DNA from: Batkoa obscura
Taxonomy: Eukaryota
Length of the DNA stretch: 64,000 nucleotides
Assembly (NCBI GenBank): GCA_030770535.1
Contig: JASVEC010000020.1
Coordinates: 62,001-126,000 of the forward strand
Direction of reading: 5' to 3'
Shown: positions 1 to 15,488 of the stretch, one piece after another
Layout: the number at the start of each line of letters is the position of its first letter
How positions within the stretch are numbered: the first letter of the stretch is position 1
Made by a program: the position numbers and the translations under genes
Notes under the pieces: model-generated
Databases searched by the model: none
Seen by the model: only the letters and a program-made list of their open reading frames with translations
What the model was told of the DNA's origin: nothing

Positions 1-1
1 T

Positions 2-46
2 CCAGTCCAAGAAAGAGAAGATATCCCACCATCAGTTGATGAGTAA
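2..46 (+). CDS. Probable 3' end of an upstream gene (PVQEREDIPPSVDE*)
   Basis: Relatively GC-richer open frame ending in TAA at the window edge, followed by an AT-rich tract. Too short to identify. Confidence 0.3.
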   Translation, partial: PVQEREDIPPSVDE

Positions 47-475
47 TTATATTATTAATTTTATTCAATTGCTGTAAAACACAATTTTTAACTCAACCTT
101 TGTTGATAACTATTTTTGATTTATAAAACACTATCTAATAAAAAAATATTATTCTATCATTTACAAAATTGTAAAATATTTAGATAGTTTTAAATTTAAT
201 TACTTTAAGTTATATTTAACATTGAATTATAATAGTTTAGTTAAATTGATATATCGAATTCTTATACATTTTATTTTATTTTTATATAATATAATATTTG
301 GATTAAGTGCTTCAAAATATTAATTAATTTAAAAGTAATGAAAGTAATAAAATAAATGTGAATTATTTTACTAAAAGTTAAAAATTTAACATAATTAACA
401 ATGATATTATTTTTGAGTTGTAGTTGAAAATAAAATAATTAATATCATTTAAATTATAAATTTTAATTGACATAT

Positions 476-574
476 GGGGATGTATTTTTGTGTTTAAGAA
501 TTTTACTAACAAATTTTCCACTCAAATAGCGCTTAAAAGATGGAAAAAGTAATGAAGTCAAAAAAAACACTCCC
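476..574 (+). mobile_element. ~98 bp MITE (GGGG..CCCC family)
   Basis: GGGGATGTATTTTTGTG...AAAAACACTCCC flanked by ATAT/ATAT; matches many other copies in the window. Confidence 0.9.
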
Positions 575-843
575 ATATATTTATCTGAGATATAGTTTAG
601 TTTCTTATTTGTAAAATTATTAATTTAATAAAAAGAACTAGTTCGCTTAATAAAAATGATGGTAAATATAAAATAAAACACTACAATGGTTTATTAGTAT
701 TAAAATGTTGAAAAAAAGATGTTTAATGTATTTATATAATTTAATCTATAGATGACTAACTTCATATTTATAATAAAAATAAAAATAGTTTTAATATACA
801 ATTCCAAAATAGATACTAAAATTCTAATAAATTTAAATTTAAT

Positions 844-942
844 GGGAGTGTTTTCCTTGACTTCATTACTTTTTCCATTTTTTAAGTGCTATTTAAGCGG
901 AAAATTTGTTAGTAAAATTCTTAAACACAAAAATACGTTCTC
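844..942 (-). mobile_element. ~98 bp MITE copy
   Basis: Reverse-complement match to the family, flanked by TAAT/TAAT. Confidence 0.85.
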
Positions 943-1064
943 TAATTATTTGGTTTTAAATTATACCGAAACCCCAAAGAATCAACGTAATCAAAACTTC
1001 AAAAAAGTATAAATATGAATATTAAAAAAACTACTAAAAAAAAACATTCAAAAACTCATAAGAA

Positions 1065-2516
1065 ATGAATAGTTTAACACCAGTAGTATTAGGCGTAAGT
1101 GTAGGTGCAGCTTACCTATTTAGTAGAATTTGTAAAAAAGATGAATTTAGTCCTTGGTATACTAAATACTTCAGTTTATTTCATCCAGAATATCCATTTC
1201 AATTGGACTATGATAAAGGTTATGAAAAAATAATGAAAATATTCAAAGATAATTGAGCAAGGAAGATAAGTAGGTGCTTCAGTTACTGTTTACTCTAATG
1301 GTAATAAAGTAGTGGATAGTTATGGTGGTTATCAAATCTTTGAAAAAAAGATCCCCTTCACTGAAAATACATTTTCTACTGTTTATTCAAGTACTAAGTT
1401 TATGGTATGTAATTATATTTTATTTTAATACTTTATTTTAATACTTTATTTTGACAGACAGCTTTAGTTGTTAGTAGATTAGTTGATCAAGGTTTACTTA
1501 ATTATAATGACAAAGTTACTAAATATTGGCCAGAATTTGGAAAGAATAATAAAGAGAATGTAACTATTGGAGATGTATTAAGACATGATGCTGGTATTCC
1601 ATATTTTGAAGAAGAAAACCCAACATATGATGATGCAAAAAATCCAGTTAAAATGAGAACTTTCCTTGAAAATGAAAAACATCATTTTGATGGTAAACCA
1701 GAACGTGCTTATCATGCCATTACACGAGGCTTTATTTTAAATGAAATCGTAAGAAGAGTCCATCCAAAAGGATATAGTATTGGAATGATTCATGAAAATG
1801 AACTTAATTTATTATTAAATAATGAATTTCATTTAGGATTAAGTAAAGAATTACAAGATAGACGTTCTAAATGGTATACTTATCCAATAGTTGACTTGTT
1901 CTCTGTATTTTTTCTACCAAAAGCTTTATTAGGTGATAAAAAGTATACATTTAATCCTAAACTCTTAGGTAAAGATTCTATGCTTTCTAAAATCATGAAG
2001 TTTAAGCTGGGTTATGGTAAAGATATTGAAAATTCACATTACTTTTCAGATCTTGAAGCTCCTTCTTCAAATGGATTTACCAATTCAAATTCTGTAAGTT
2101 ATTCTTATTTACTATTTTAAACGATATTGATTTATTGTTAGTTAGCTAAAGCAGCAGCATGTTTAGCTAATAAAGGAAGTATTGATGGGGTTAAATTAAT
2201 GAGTGAAAATGGTGTACTTTCATCTATTAATGGAAAAGTATCACGCTTTGACCATGCTATTCAAATGGAAACTACAATGAGTCAAGGAGGTTTTGGTGTA
2301 TTTAAGTATCCCGAATTTGGTGAAAGATTTGAAAATAGTGAATTTTATGGTTGGTTTGGAGCAGGCGGCTCAATGGTGCTATTTAATCTAGAACATAACT
2401 TTGCTTTTAGTTATGTTATGAATGCTCAACATTTTAATACTTTTTTTGAAGGTAGAGCCCATCGTCTTTTTATTGAAGCTTTTAAAGTACATTCTGAAAT
2501 ATTACAAATTAATTAG
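1065..2516 (+). pseudogene. Serine beta-lactamase-fold (family VIII esterase/LovD-like) hydrolase pseudogene
   Basis: Inverted copy of 22600-24053. Carries a 2-nt deletion near 1253 (AAT TTT GAG > AAT TGA G) and GAA>TAA at 1267. Both introns are retained. Confidence 0.9.
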
Positions 2517-2725
2517 CCATTTTATATATTATCTTCATGTAATTAAAGAATCTGTGTTATATGTAGTTTTTGAAATGTAATGTTTTACTAACTTCATTAT
2601 TTCTTTTTAAAATATACCTATTTTTATTAGAAATACTGTATAGAGAACTATTTTGTCATCTTTAAAATAAAATAAAATAAAATAGAACTGAATTTAAGTA
2701 GGTGATAATGAATTATAAATTTAAA

Positions 2726-2870
2726 TTATATAGCTTTCAAATGATTTTTAAAAGCTGGTACAATAAGCTTAGAAGCTCTTCCTTCTCCAAACATTTCATA
2801 TTGATATTCATTTGTAATATATATAAAAGAAAAGTTATAATTTTGATTAAAAAGGAGTATTAAACTAGTA
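2726..2870 (-). pseudogene. 3' fragment of the second beta-lactamase-fold gene (copy of ~22250-22390)
   Basis: Reverse complement of the last exon of 20943-22390. Identical up to 2804, then heavily decayed. Confidence 0.8.
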
Positions 2871-2939
2871 AAAACTCTGATAATAAATTTACTATTTAAT
2901 AGCACTTAAAAAATCGATAAATCAATGAAATTAATATAT

Positions 2940-3035
2940 AAAGATGTTTTTTTGGTTTCATATTAATCTTTCTCTTTTTTAAACACTATTTGAGTAGAAA
3001 AATTGTTAGTAAAATTCTCAAAAAAATACATCCCC
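2940..3035 (-). mobile_element. MITE copy (degenerate)
   Basis: Ends in AAAATACATCCCC+ATAT and has the internal family sequence. Confidence 0.75.
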
Positions 3036-3228
3036 ATATCTATTTTCAACCTATTTTTTTAAACTTTATCAGTTTTAACTGCAATTTCTGCTTTTAATAA
3101 TTCTATTTAATTGACAAATAATTGTATTTAAAAATATTCATTTTAAATATTTAAAAAAATAAAATAACAATAACTAATTTTAATCCATTTTTCAATTCTT
3201 AATAATTATTAAAAAATCAATAATAAAA

Positions 3229-3592
3229 ATGGGCTACACTGCAAGTTATGGAGAAGATAAAAAAAGAAATAAACTCAATGATGATGGCAAATATTCAACA
3301 AGTAAAAGTTTATTAACTCAATTAAAAAAATATTCAGAAGATGATCCATTCCTTAGTTTTGATAACGAAGGTAATTAACTTTGTTGAATAAAATCATAAA
3401 ATGAAAGTAAAATTATCTAGATTTTGATACCGATAATAACCTAATTAATGAAAATTGGGAAGGTATTACTAATAAAGTAGAAGATGATGATTTTTTAGAA
3501 AGATTAAGGTAAATTCAAATCAAATTATTTATTATTATTATAATAACTTATTATATTTAATTGTTAGATTTGAGTTTAATGGCAAAGATTAA
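3229..3592 (+). CDS. SEM1: Sem1/DSS1-like small acidic protein, 84 aa, 3 exons (3229-3370, 3421-3508, 3568-3592)
   Basis: Splices in frame through GT-AG introns to ...SEDDPFLSFDNEDFDTDNNLINENWEGITNKVEDDDFLERLRFEFNGKD*, which resembles the EEDDEFEEF..W..DDFS.QLR pattern. Not in the ORF track. Confidence 0.65.
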
Positions 3593-3742
3593 TTGTATTC
3601 TTTTAAATAAAATTATCTATTTATATATATATGAATATAAAAATAAAAATAGGAATAAAAATAATAATTATAAGTAAAATGATATTAACTACAAAAATTA
3701 AATTAATTTTAATAATCTATAACTATAACTAATATAAAGACA

Positions 3743-4333
3743 TTATTGAGGTGCCATAGCAACTACATCAAAAAAATGAAACATTTCTTGACTATCATAC
3801 ACTCCTACTTTAGCTGAACAATTTTTACAATGTACTGGAAAAAAAGTATTATTAGTTTCTAAGAGTTCTGCTGGATCGGATACATTATTGATTTGTTCAA
3901 TATTGAAATTTTGTAATTCTCTAAAATTATTATTACTCTTTTCCTCAGAACTATAAATTAATTTTAATCCTAAATTTAATTCTACATTTTCTACCACCAT
4001 TGCTCGATATTGTCCTTTATATTTAACATGTCTAATTAATATTAAAATTATTTTAATCAACTTAATATTAAAATCATAATAATTTTACCTTTGACAACTA
4101 TAACATATTGGTATCAAACATAAAGGACATAACAAAGTAGCATCTGATTGATTATCTTTAACTATTTTTTATAATCTTTTTCAATAATTCAACAGTTTAT
4201 ATATAAAAAACTTACACTTTTGAGTCATAAATTTACTGTCTTCTTCATCTAATTCAGAATCATAAAGTTCGTCTTTTTCATAATTAATTTCTTCATCTGA
4301 ACTTATTTCCTTTATATATTCATTTTCTTCCAT
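3743..4333 (-). CDS. E2F-associated phosphoprotein (EAPP) family protein, spliced
   Basis: Acidic N-terminus, SDATLLCPLC..CQRH..QYRAM, and HCKNC..VGVYD..FHFFDV motifs across GT-AG introns. Confidence 0.85.
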
Positions 4334-4589
4334 TGTTTAATTTTTAGAAAAGATGTTTACTTTTTTATTTGAAAAAATTCATCTTGTATTCTTTTTGTTG
4401 AAGTTCCTTTTTTTAAAAGAAAATTCAAAATTTAACGAAAACTAAAAAATATTAATAAAATAAACTTAAAAATTAAAAGCAATAATTTTCAATAATTTAA
4501 AATTTTAATTTAATTGTTTAATTTAAATTATTATAAAATTAATAAATGGTATAAATAATTATATGGTAATAAAAATATTTTTATTTATT

Positions 4590-4680
4590 ATTTTATTTTT
4601 ATTTTATTTTTATTTTATTTTATTTTATTTTATTTTATTTTTGTTTTTATTTTTATTTTTATTTTTATTATTTTATTTTA
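4590..4680. repeat. (TTTTA/TTTTTA)n low-complexity tract
   Basis: Direct reading. Confidence 0.8.
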
Positions 4681-5370
4681 TTAATTACTATTAAAATTAA
4701 TTTATTTCTAAACAAAAAGTAAAATTTAATAATTTAATAATAACAGTAACAGGATGATATACTATTATTCATTAAATTTAATCATGAGAAAAGATAATAT
4801 GATTTATCATTTAAAAAAAAAGAATTAAAATAAATAATAAAAATGAAACTTGAAAATCATAAATAAATTGTTTACTTATTATAGAGTTTATTCTATTAAA
4901 TGATAATATATTCAAAATTTAATAATAAAATGGCGTTTTTAATAATTTAATTTATCAAGTCAATTTTAATAAATATAATTATAATTGTATTATTTAATAT
5001 TTTAATTATAATAATATATTTGATTTACTTCAAATTTAAATATTACATGAGTTTAAAAATCAATAAAACAAATGTATATTTAATACATAGATTAAATTAT
5101 ATTATTATTTCAAAGTTTTATCTAAAACTTAATAAATAAGTAAAAATAGTAAGTAAAAAAAGTTTAATTGTATATTAAAAAAGAATTATTTTAATCCACA
5201 CACACTTTTTGAAATATTTGGACTTTTTTCCTTAATTTTTTTATCCCTTAAAAAAAGGAAGTTATAATAAAAATAGATGTAAAACTTGACTTAAATTTCA
5301 GAATATATAACATATAGCATACAGAGGTCATTTAGAATTCATTCGAAATTCATTTTATTTGAAAATTAAA

Positions 5371-5421
5371 CTAAATTAAACTAGATTAAATTAAATTAAA
5401 TTAAATTAAATTAAATTAAAT
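5371..5421. repeat. (TAAAT)n pentamer microsatellite
   Basis: Direct reading. Confidence 0.8.
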
Positions 5422-5833
5422 TTCTTATCTTTTAGTTAATATAATTTCAGTTTACTAAAGTATTAGTAAAGTTTGATAATTAAATTTTATTAAATAAAAG
5501 TAGTAATAAAAATCAAAAGTTTAGAATATTTAGAATATTTAAAATATTTAGAATATTAAAATTACTATTTATAAATTAATATAATTGTTTTTTTGTATTA
5601 AATGATATCCTTATATTTTAAAGAATTACACTTATGATCAACTTTAATATTGAAGTTCAAAGATGGTAATGAAAATGATTGGTTGTTTTAAATCATGAGA
5701 AAACAATTAAATTGGAACCATTATTATTAAAATAAAATTTAATAATATAAATACCACTAAAATAGAATTCTAAAATAAAATAATTTTAATAAATTTATTA
5801 AAAATATAATAATAATAATATAAAAATTAAATA

Positions 5834-6753
5834 ATGTTAACTAATTTTATTAATTTTGTTTTATTTTTCTCTGTCATTGTATTAGCTCAAGATAGTCGAA
5901 TCATCAATGGATTTACTGTTGAGCCTGAATTTAAATATCCATGGATGGCTACTATTTTTCGATATGGTGAATACTTTTGTGGTGCTACATTAATAAGAGA
6001 CGATATGATTATTACAGCTGCTCATTGTGCTGGGGGATTAATTGCACCATTAGATACTTTTGAAGTTCAATTACATCGTCATAATTTAACTAAAAGTTTA
6101 AGTCAAGAAAATGGTAAAGCTTACAAAGTAATTAATCGTTGGGTGCCATTAGATTATGATAGAGATACTTTATATAATGATAGTAATATTATTTTATTAT
6201 GTTATGTTCTATTATTTATTTCTATTTTATTATTTTAGTTGCTATATTTCAATTTGATAATCCAAGTAAAAAACGTAGTAATGTTTGTTTAGATGACCAA
6301 TTAGATCATAAAGAAGGGATGAGAGTAACTGCTTTAGGTTGGGGTGCAACTAAATTACTTGGTGCTAATACTGATGTATTACAAGAAGTATGGCTACCTT
6401 TAGCTAGTAAAAAAACATGTATTGATGTTTATAAACAACAATTAAATTATACGATAATTAAAACTCAAATTTGTGCTGGCTATAGACAAGGTGGTAAAGA
6501 TACATGTCAAGGAGATTCTGGTGGTCCATTATTTAGTTATATTAATGATAAACCCTTATTAGTTGGTATTACTTCTAATGGTATTTCTTGTGCTCAAGCT
6601 AATACACCAGCTGTAATATTATAATAATATTATTATATTAAATATGTTAATTAAATTATTTAGGTTTATACTCGAATAGCTAGATTTTATGGTTGGATTC
6701 AAAGTGTACTAAATGGAAAATTAAAACCTAATCCTATCCCAACAAGAAGATAA
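5834..6753 (+). CDS. Secreted trypsin-like serine protease (S1A), exons 5834-6182, 6239-6612, 6664-6753
   Basis: Signal peptide, R|IING activation site, TAAHC, ND-I, KDTCQGDSGGP and VYTRI. Confidence 0.95.
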
Positions 6754-6797
6754 TAATAATAATAATAATAATAATATTGTAATAATAATAATATAAT
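6751..6797. repeat. (AAT)n microsatellite between convergent stop codons
   Basis: Direct reading. Confidence 0.85.
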
Positions 6798-6835
6798 TAT
6801 TACATTATAATTATTATATTATTATAATATTATTA

Positions 6836-8071
6836 TTAAATAAAATTGGTATTTGGCATTAAATTCTTAAATTTCATAAAAAATTTCAAATAATATAAAG
6901 AAGCATTATAAGCTGCTTCAGAACATGGAATAATTTCTTCTTTAGGTAATAAAAACCCAATTTTATCATCATTAGGACATAATTCAATCGTAAATGCTTG
7001 AAAATTTAATTCAGCATTTAAAAAATCATCCATTGCCCCACCTGCTGGATATAATCCTGCTGATAACTCAGATTCATAATTATAATTATATTTCTTAAAT
7101 ACTTGTTGCATTCTATCTCCTAATACTTTTAAATATTTTTCATTATTAGACGCTAAATTCGTTTGATATCCCCAAGGTCTTAATATCATTTGACCATAAC
7201 TATGCCAATCAATAGCTGCATATCGATTTGGTATTGTTTTTGCAAATTTAATTAAATTACTTGTTTCCAATTCACTTAACGGTCCTTCTCCATGATATAT
7301 TTCACTATTTGTATTATTAGAACTACCAATTGTCCCCCATTTAAATCCAAAATTACGATTTAAATCTACGCCAAATGTACCATCTTTATTCTTACTTCGA
7401 TTTTTTCGCCATAATCTATCTTTATTTCGACTAAATTCATACCCATCTGGATTACTCAAAGGTGTAAAATATAAATCAAACTGACTTAATATTTCTTCAT
7501 TTAATTTGTCTTGTTCTTTTTTTAATTTACAAAACTTATAAATTTGATACATAACTAATGCCGGTGAGATCCATTCCCTTGCATGCAATCCCCCATTAAA
7601 CCAAATTGATTTTTTATTATTGATTTGTTTATTATTACTAATCTTTATAGCTAACAAATCTCTACCTTCATGTGTATTTCCAATATTAATTATTTCCATA
7701 CATTTATCAAATTGTTGATTCCATTTATTTAATGTTGTTTTGAGTTCTTCATAACTTTTAAAATCCTCAAAATAATTGTCTTCAATTAATATTGAACTTT
7801 TATTAATCTTTCGATTTTGATGAATTAAACTTAAATCTTTAACTATTAATTCACAATTCTTTCCTTTTATTTTATTTTCTCCTTCTGAATCTTTGATACG
7901 TAATATTATATATTCTTTTGTCACTTTTTGTATATCACCCCAAATTTGTATATCTTCCATTAATTTATTTTCATATTTACATTGATATAATTTATGACCT
8001 TTCAAAGTAGTTAAGGCATCACTTAATATTAATGATAAATTAAATGATAATAATAATAATAATAATAGCAT
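6836..8071 (-). CDS. Secreted M14A zinc carboxypeptidase (intronless)
   Basis: Signal peptide, GLHAREW, NPDGY, WRKNR, GVDLNRNF, HSYGQ, YPAGGAMDDF and TIEL. Confidence 0.95.
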   Translation of the reverse strand: MLLLLLLLSFNLSLILSDALTTLKGHKLYQCKYENKLMEDIQIWGDIQKVTKEYIILRIKDSEGENKIKGKNCELIVKDLSLIHQNRKINKSSILIEDNYFEDFKSYEELKTTLNKWNQQFDKCMEIINIGNTHEGRDLLAIKISNNKQINNKKSIWFNGGLHAREWISPALVMYQIYKFCKLKKEQDKLNEEILSQFDLYFTPLSNPDGYEFSRNKDRLWRKNRSKNKDGTFGVDLNRNFGFKWGTIGSSNNTNSEIYHGEGPLSELETSNLIKFAKTIPNRYAAIDWHSYGQMILRPWGYQTNLASNNEKYLKVLGDRMQQVFKKYNYNYESELSAGLYPAGGAMDDFLNAELNFQAFTIELCPNDDKIGFLLPKEEIIPCSEAAYNASLYYLKFFMKFKNLMPNTNFI

Positions 8072-8524
8072 TTTAAAAAATAATATTTTATTTTTATTTT
8101 TATTTTAAATACTATTTTTTAACTTTTTTTAAAATTTAAGTTTGAGAATCTTTGTTTTTTGTATCATCTTTTCTTTTTAATGTTTTAGAAGTTTGATTTG
8201 GATTTTAAAAGTTGTCATTAATTAAATTTTCAATAAGTTATTAATATAACTATTAAAATTATTATTATTATTATACAATAGAATTAAATTATTATTATAC
8301 AAAGATTGAATAATAATAAAATAGAAATAAATAATCTGATAACAATTTAATTAATTAAATCTCATATTTAAATTTCAATTAATCAATTACTATAGAATAA
8401 AGTTATTTAGTTTAACGAATCAAATCCCATAAAAATCAGTGATCCCATTAAACTACCAACACATCAGAATTAAAAACTAATTCAAGCAAACTAAACTTTT
8501 TTATAAAAAATTAAGTAAAGAAAA

Positions 8525-8779
8525 ATGGCCTTCAGTTGGAGATCCGCTAACATTACGTAAGTGTCTTTTTTTTAATAAAGCTCTTTGAAAAATATTGAAT
8601 TTTTTTATAGCTACCTTAAATATTCCCAAATTTGCGCACAAGCCGTTCGTAATTCTTTAAAAAAAGAATTAAGAGAAGTAGTAGCTATTCGTAATGAACA
8701 AGGTATTAAATTCGCTAAATGGCAAAATGGAAAATCAGGCGAATATCAATTTATTCAACCTCAAAAGAATGAAGAATAA
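8525..8779 (+). CDS. ATP15: Mitochondrial ATP synthase F1 epsilon subunit (intron 8557-8610)
   Basis: MAFSWRSANITYLKYSQICAQAVRNSLK...KWQNGK. Confidence 0.9.
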
Positions 8780-9271
8780 ATAGGAAGCAAGGATATGAAA
8801 TAAATGATGAATTTAAAAGGTTCAAATTTATTTTTTTAAATTGGAATACTTTTTAAATAAATTCAAGAATATTTTAAATTTATAATGATTATTATTTATT
8901 TATTTTTATGTCATTGTAATTTATTGTTTCAACTATGATCCAAGTTGTTTCTATACCTTGTTTTTATAATTTAGTTTTATTAAGAATCAAATGATTATTG
9001 AGATAAAGAAACTAAATTTTAATTATTAAAATTATTAAAATCTTTTATTAATCTTATTTACTATATTAAATTGAGCTGATAGATAGCTAAAAAAATTAAA
9101 TAACTATTAATTTTAAATTTTATACTCATCCCCATTTTAAAATAAAGAATTTATTTAATATAATATAATATAATAGACTAAAATTAAGTGACTTAAATTA
9201 TTGCTATTTATTATCGAGTTTTTTTCTATTAACTTCATGTTAAAATTTTAATTGAATTTAAATCATTATAT

Positions 9272-9362
9272 GGGAATGTTTTTTTTCATTATTTTTTCCA
9301 TTTTTTAAGCACTATTTAAGCGGAATTGTTAGTAAAACTCTTAAATACAAAAATACATCACC
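9272..9362 (-). mobile_element. MITE copy
   Basis: Family match with ATAT/ATAT flanks. Confidence 0.85.
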
Positions 9363-9582
9363 ATATACTACAAAATAAAAATAAAAATAAAAATAAACAT
9401 ATAAAAACTAAAATAAAATAACTATATCAAATCTTTAATAATGTATATATAAGATATGATTTTATTCATTAAAAAAAGAAATTGGAAGCTATAAAAGTAA
9501 CTATTAAACTTTAAATCATATATAATAATACTTTTAAATTTTATATTTAAGCTATAAAAAATTGATTCAAATAAAAAAAATC

Positions 9583-12406
<2,824 letters not shown>

Positions 12407-13386
12407 CTATTTATAATAAGAAAAATATTTAAAAATTGAAAATAAGTTTACTATAAAATTTTTAAATCAAAAATGTTTTTAATAATTTAATAATTTGCTA
12501 TAAAAGTTTATAGATCAAATTGTTAGTGTAAACTATTTTACAGTTTCTTTATTTGACCAAAAAAGTTCTATAATTCTCGATGATTATTTGGTGATTTAAC
12601 ATAACTTATGGGAACAAAAGAATTAAGGGATGGAAATTTTTTAAGATATTTTATAATTTATCAAAGTTGAAAAAAATTTGATTGCTGATACTATCTTTTA
12701 TGTTGCTTAATTACATTTACTGGTACTTGATCAATCAAATTTACATTTTCATATTCTTTATACTCAATAGCTATGGTTGCTTTTATCAATACTTAATTTG
12801 CTACTTTTACCGATATTTGAGACGAGCACTATTTCATAAATTGTTTTCTACAGTCACTGATGTAAATTAATTGCCTTTAAATAAACCTCAAGTCTAACTT
12901 TTGGTAGTCATTTGTTGCTAGTTTGATAATTATACCCAAGGCTAATTTTTTTAAAAGTTTACTTCTACCATTATTTATAGAAATTTTAACGCATGCAAAG
13001 TTGAACAATATCATACTCCTTTTAAGAAGTAAGTTATGCCTTCAGTGTATGTCTTATCAGCTTGTTGTATAAATTTATACTTTTTATGCTATGATTATAA
13101 TGAACTAGTATAAAAATTATCTTTTAAACAATTTACCCCTAAATAAAAACTGAATTTATTAAATATAGTTAAAAATTGAATTCAAATATGGTACATTAAA
13201 AAATCTACATAAATTTTGATTAAAATTTTACTGTTACTGAAACACTTTAATAGTTATTAAAAAATTCAAATAATATAATCAAAAATTAATAATTTGAAAA
13301 GAACTCTTTATAAAATTAGAATTAAGATGCAATCACTTGAAATTAGCTAAAGAAGGGCAGTTGAAACCTGAGCAATAAATAATTAA

Positions 13387-15488
13387 TTACATCTTATTGT
13401 ACATAGTATCCAATTGTTGCTTGAATTGGTCTCCAATGGGTTTACGCTTAAGTTTTTGAGAAGTTGTTAATAAACCATTATCAGCAGTCCATTCAACATC
13501 AGTTATAAATACATCAGCAATAAGTTCACTTCCACTAAATCCATTCTTCTTAGCTTCGCTTATTAATGCTTTGTACACTTCTTTTTTAATCATTTCGTTT
13601 CCACTCACGTCACTCAAATCATGGACATCAGGGTGATTGTTACTGCGTAAGAAATGCTTAATAGCATCCATGTTGGGTTGAATAAGGGCAACGGCCTTAG
13701 GTTTTAATGAATTAGCACATACACAAATATTTTGAACATATAAAACATTGCGGTAAATGTTTTCCAAACGTTCCAAGGCAATATACTCTCCATTTGCTAA
13801 TTTGACCAAGTTCTTTTTACGATCAATTATAGAAAGTGTATAGTTATCATTTAATTGGACAATATCTCCTGTTTTGAACCAACCATCTTCAGTAAAAGCT
13901 TCTTTAGTTGCTGCTTCATTATTATAATAACCTTGTGCAACCGAGTTACCACGGAACCAAAGTTCACCTTGTGGTAGTTTATTGGTATGTGAATAACCTG
14001 CTTCTGGAACATCAACTAATTTAAATTCATTACAAGGGGATATTTGCCCAACTGCATCTGCAACTTTACAATCTGGGGTATTGACACATGCTAAACCACA
14101 CACTTCGGTCAAACCATAACCTTGTAATAAGGGACATACAGCGTTGCTAAAGAACTCTCTGACTTCATCAGAGATAGGAGCACCACCAGTTACAGCAATT
14201 CTTACTCTACCACCAACTTGTTCTCTAATTTTATTGAATACAAGTTTGTCTAACAAGAAGGTAGGTAACCCAACCTTTGAGAAGCCATTTTTAACTTTCA
14301 TTGAGACATCAAATACACCTTGGGCTACGGCTCCTGCTTTGTTGATTTTATTTAATACACCTTTGCGAATTGAATCATAAATTTGTGGTACACCAACCAT
14401 AAGGGTTGGGCGTGCTTCACATAAATCACCACGGCAATTTCTTACAGAAGCATCGGTAAGAGTCCTTGGAGAACCATAAGCAATCTTAATACCTCGTTGA
14501 AGACAATAAGCATCAGCACTAAAAGCTAAGATGTGTGCTAATGGTAAGAAAGATACATAAGTTTCTTGTAAAGGAGTGACAAGAGGATCAATTAATCTAG
14601 AAACACCAGCAACTATAAATTTGATTAATTAAAATTTACTATAAAATTAAAAGAATACTTACTAACTGCAATAACATTTTTGTGAGTTAATATAACACCT
14701 TTTGGATTACCTGTAGTACCACTTGTATACATAATTAAAGCGATGTCATCTGGAGTAGAGGGGTTGAGTGGGCTTGGGTTATTTTTGCCTAATTCAATCA
14801 TTTCGTCAAAGGTATAGAATTGAATTTGATCATTGTGGCCAAGGATTGTTTGTTTTTGTTTCTCATCAATCTTTCCATCACAAATAATGTTTTTGAGAGT
14901 TGGTACGTCTTTTACAACAGAGGCAATAACTTTAAGTTGATCAGCTCCTGTGAATACCGTTGTGATAGCACATTCGTTAAGTCCATGTTTAAGTCCTTCA
15001 GCACCGAGTGTATCATAAATAGTAATAGAAGTAATGTTTTGAGAATAACCAGCATTAACCATGGAGGTCCAATAGGAACTGGTTGGTGCAAATAAAGCTA
15101 AACGTTTATCACCGCCTAAACCTAAATGTTTGAGTCCAGCACCGATGTCATTGGCATTTTTTACTAATTGATTATAGGTGAACCATTTATAAGGCGAAAG
15201 TTGATAAAACTTCCAAGTTTTCTTTTCTTTTACGATATTACCATCTACTTTCTTTTCGATTTCCTTAACTTCTTCAATAATATCATCTATAGATCTTGAC
15301 CCGATAGCTTCAGTATCACCGTATTTTTTGGCAGCATTGACCAAGTTTTCATAAATAGTTGTTGCACCGCTTTCTGGAATAGTCGTTAATTCACCACTCT
15401 CTTTGGTTGCATAATTACGATAAACTGGAGAATGATCTTTCTCACTGGATTCACTTGCAACATAGGATTTCAAGTAAGGGGGGGCCAT
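13387..15488 (-). CDS. Long-chain fatty acyl-CoA synthetase (Faa1/Faa4-like), one intron near 14614-14663
   Basis: IMYTSGTTGNPKGV, YLPLAHI-type motif, QGYGLTE, GWFKTGD and IDRKKNLVKLANGEYIALE. Confidence 0.95.

Noticed and set aside
752..1012. Short ORFs overlapping MITEs or LTRs (752-1012, 31354-31539, 41124-41411, 61513-61710)
   Set aside because: Chance open frames through repeat sequence, with no protein motifs.
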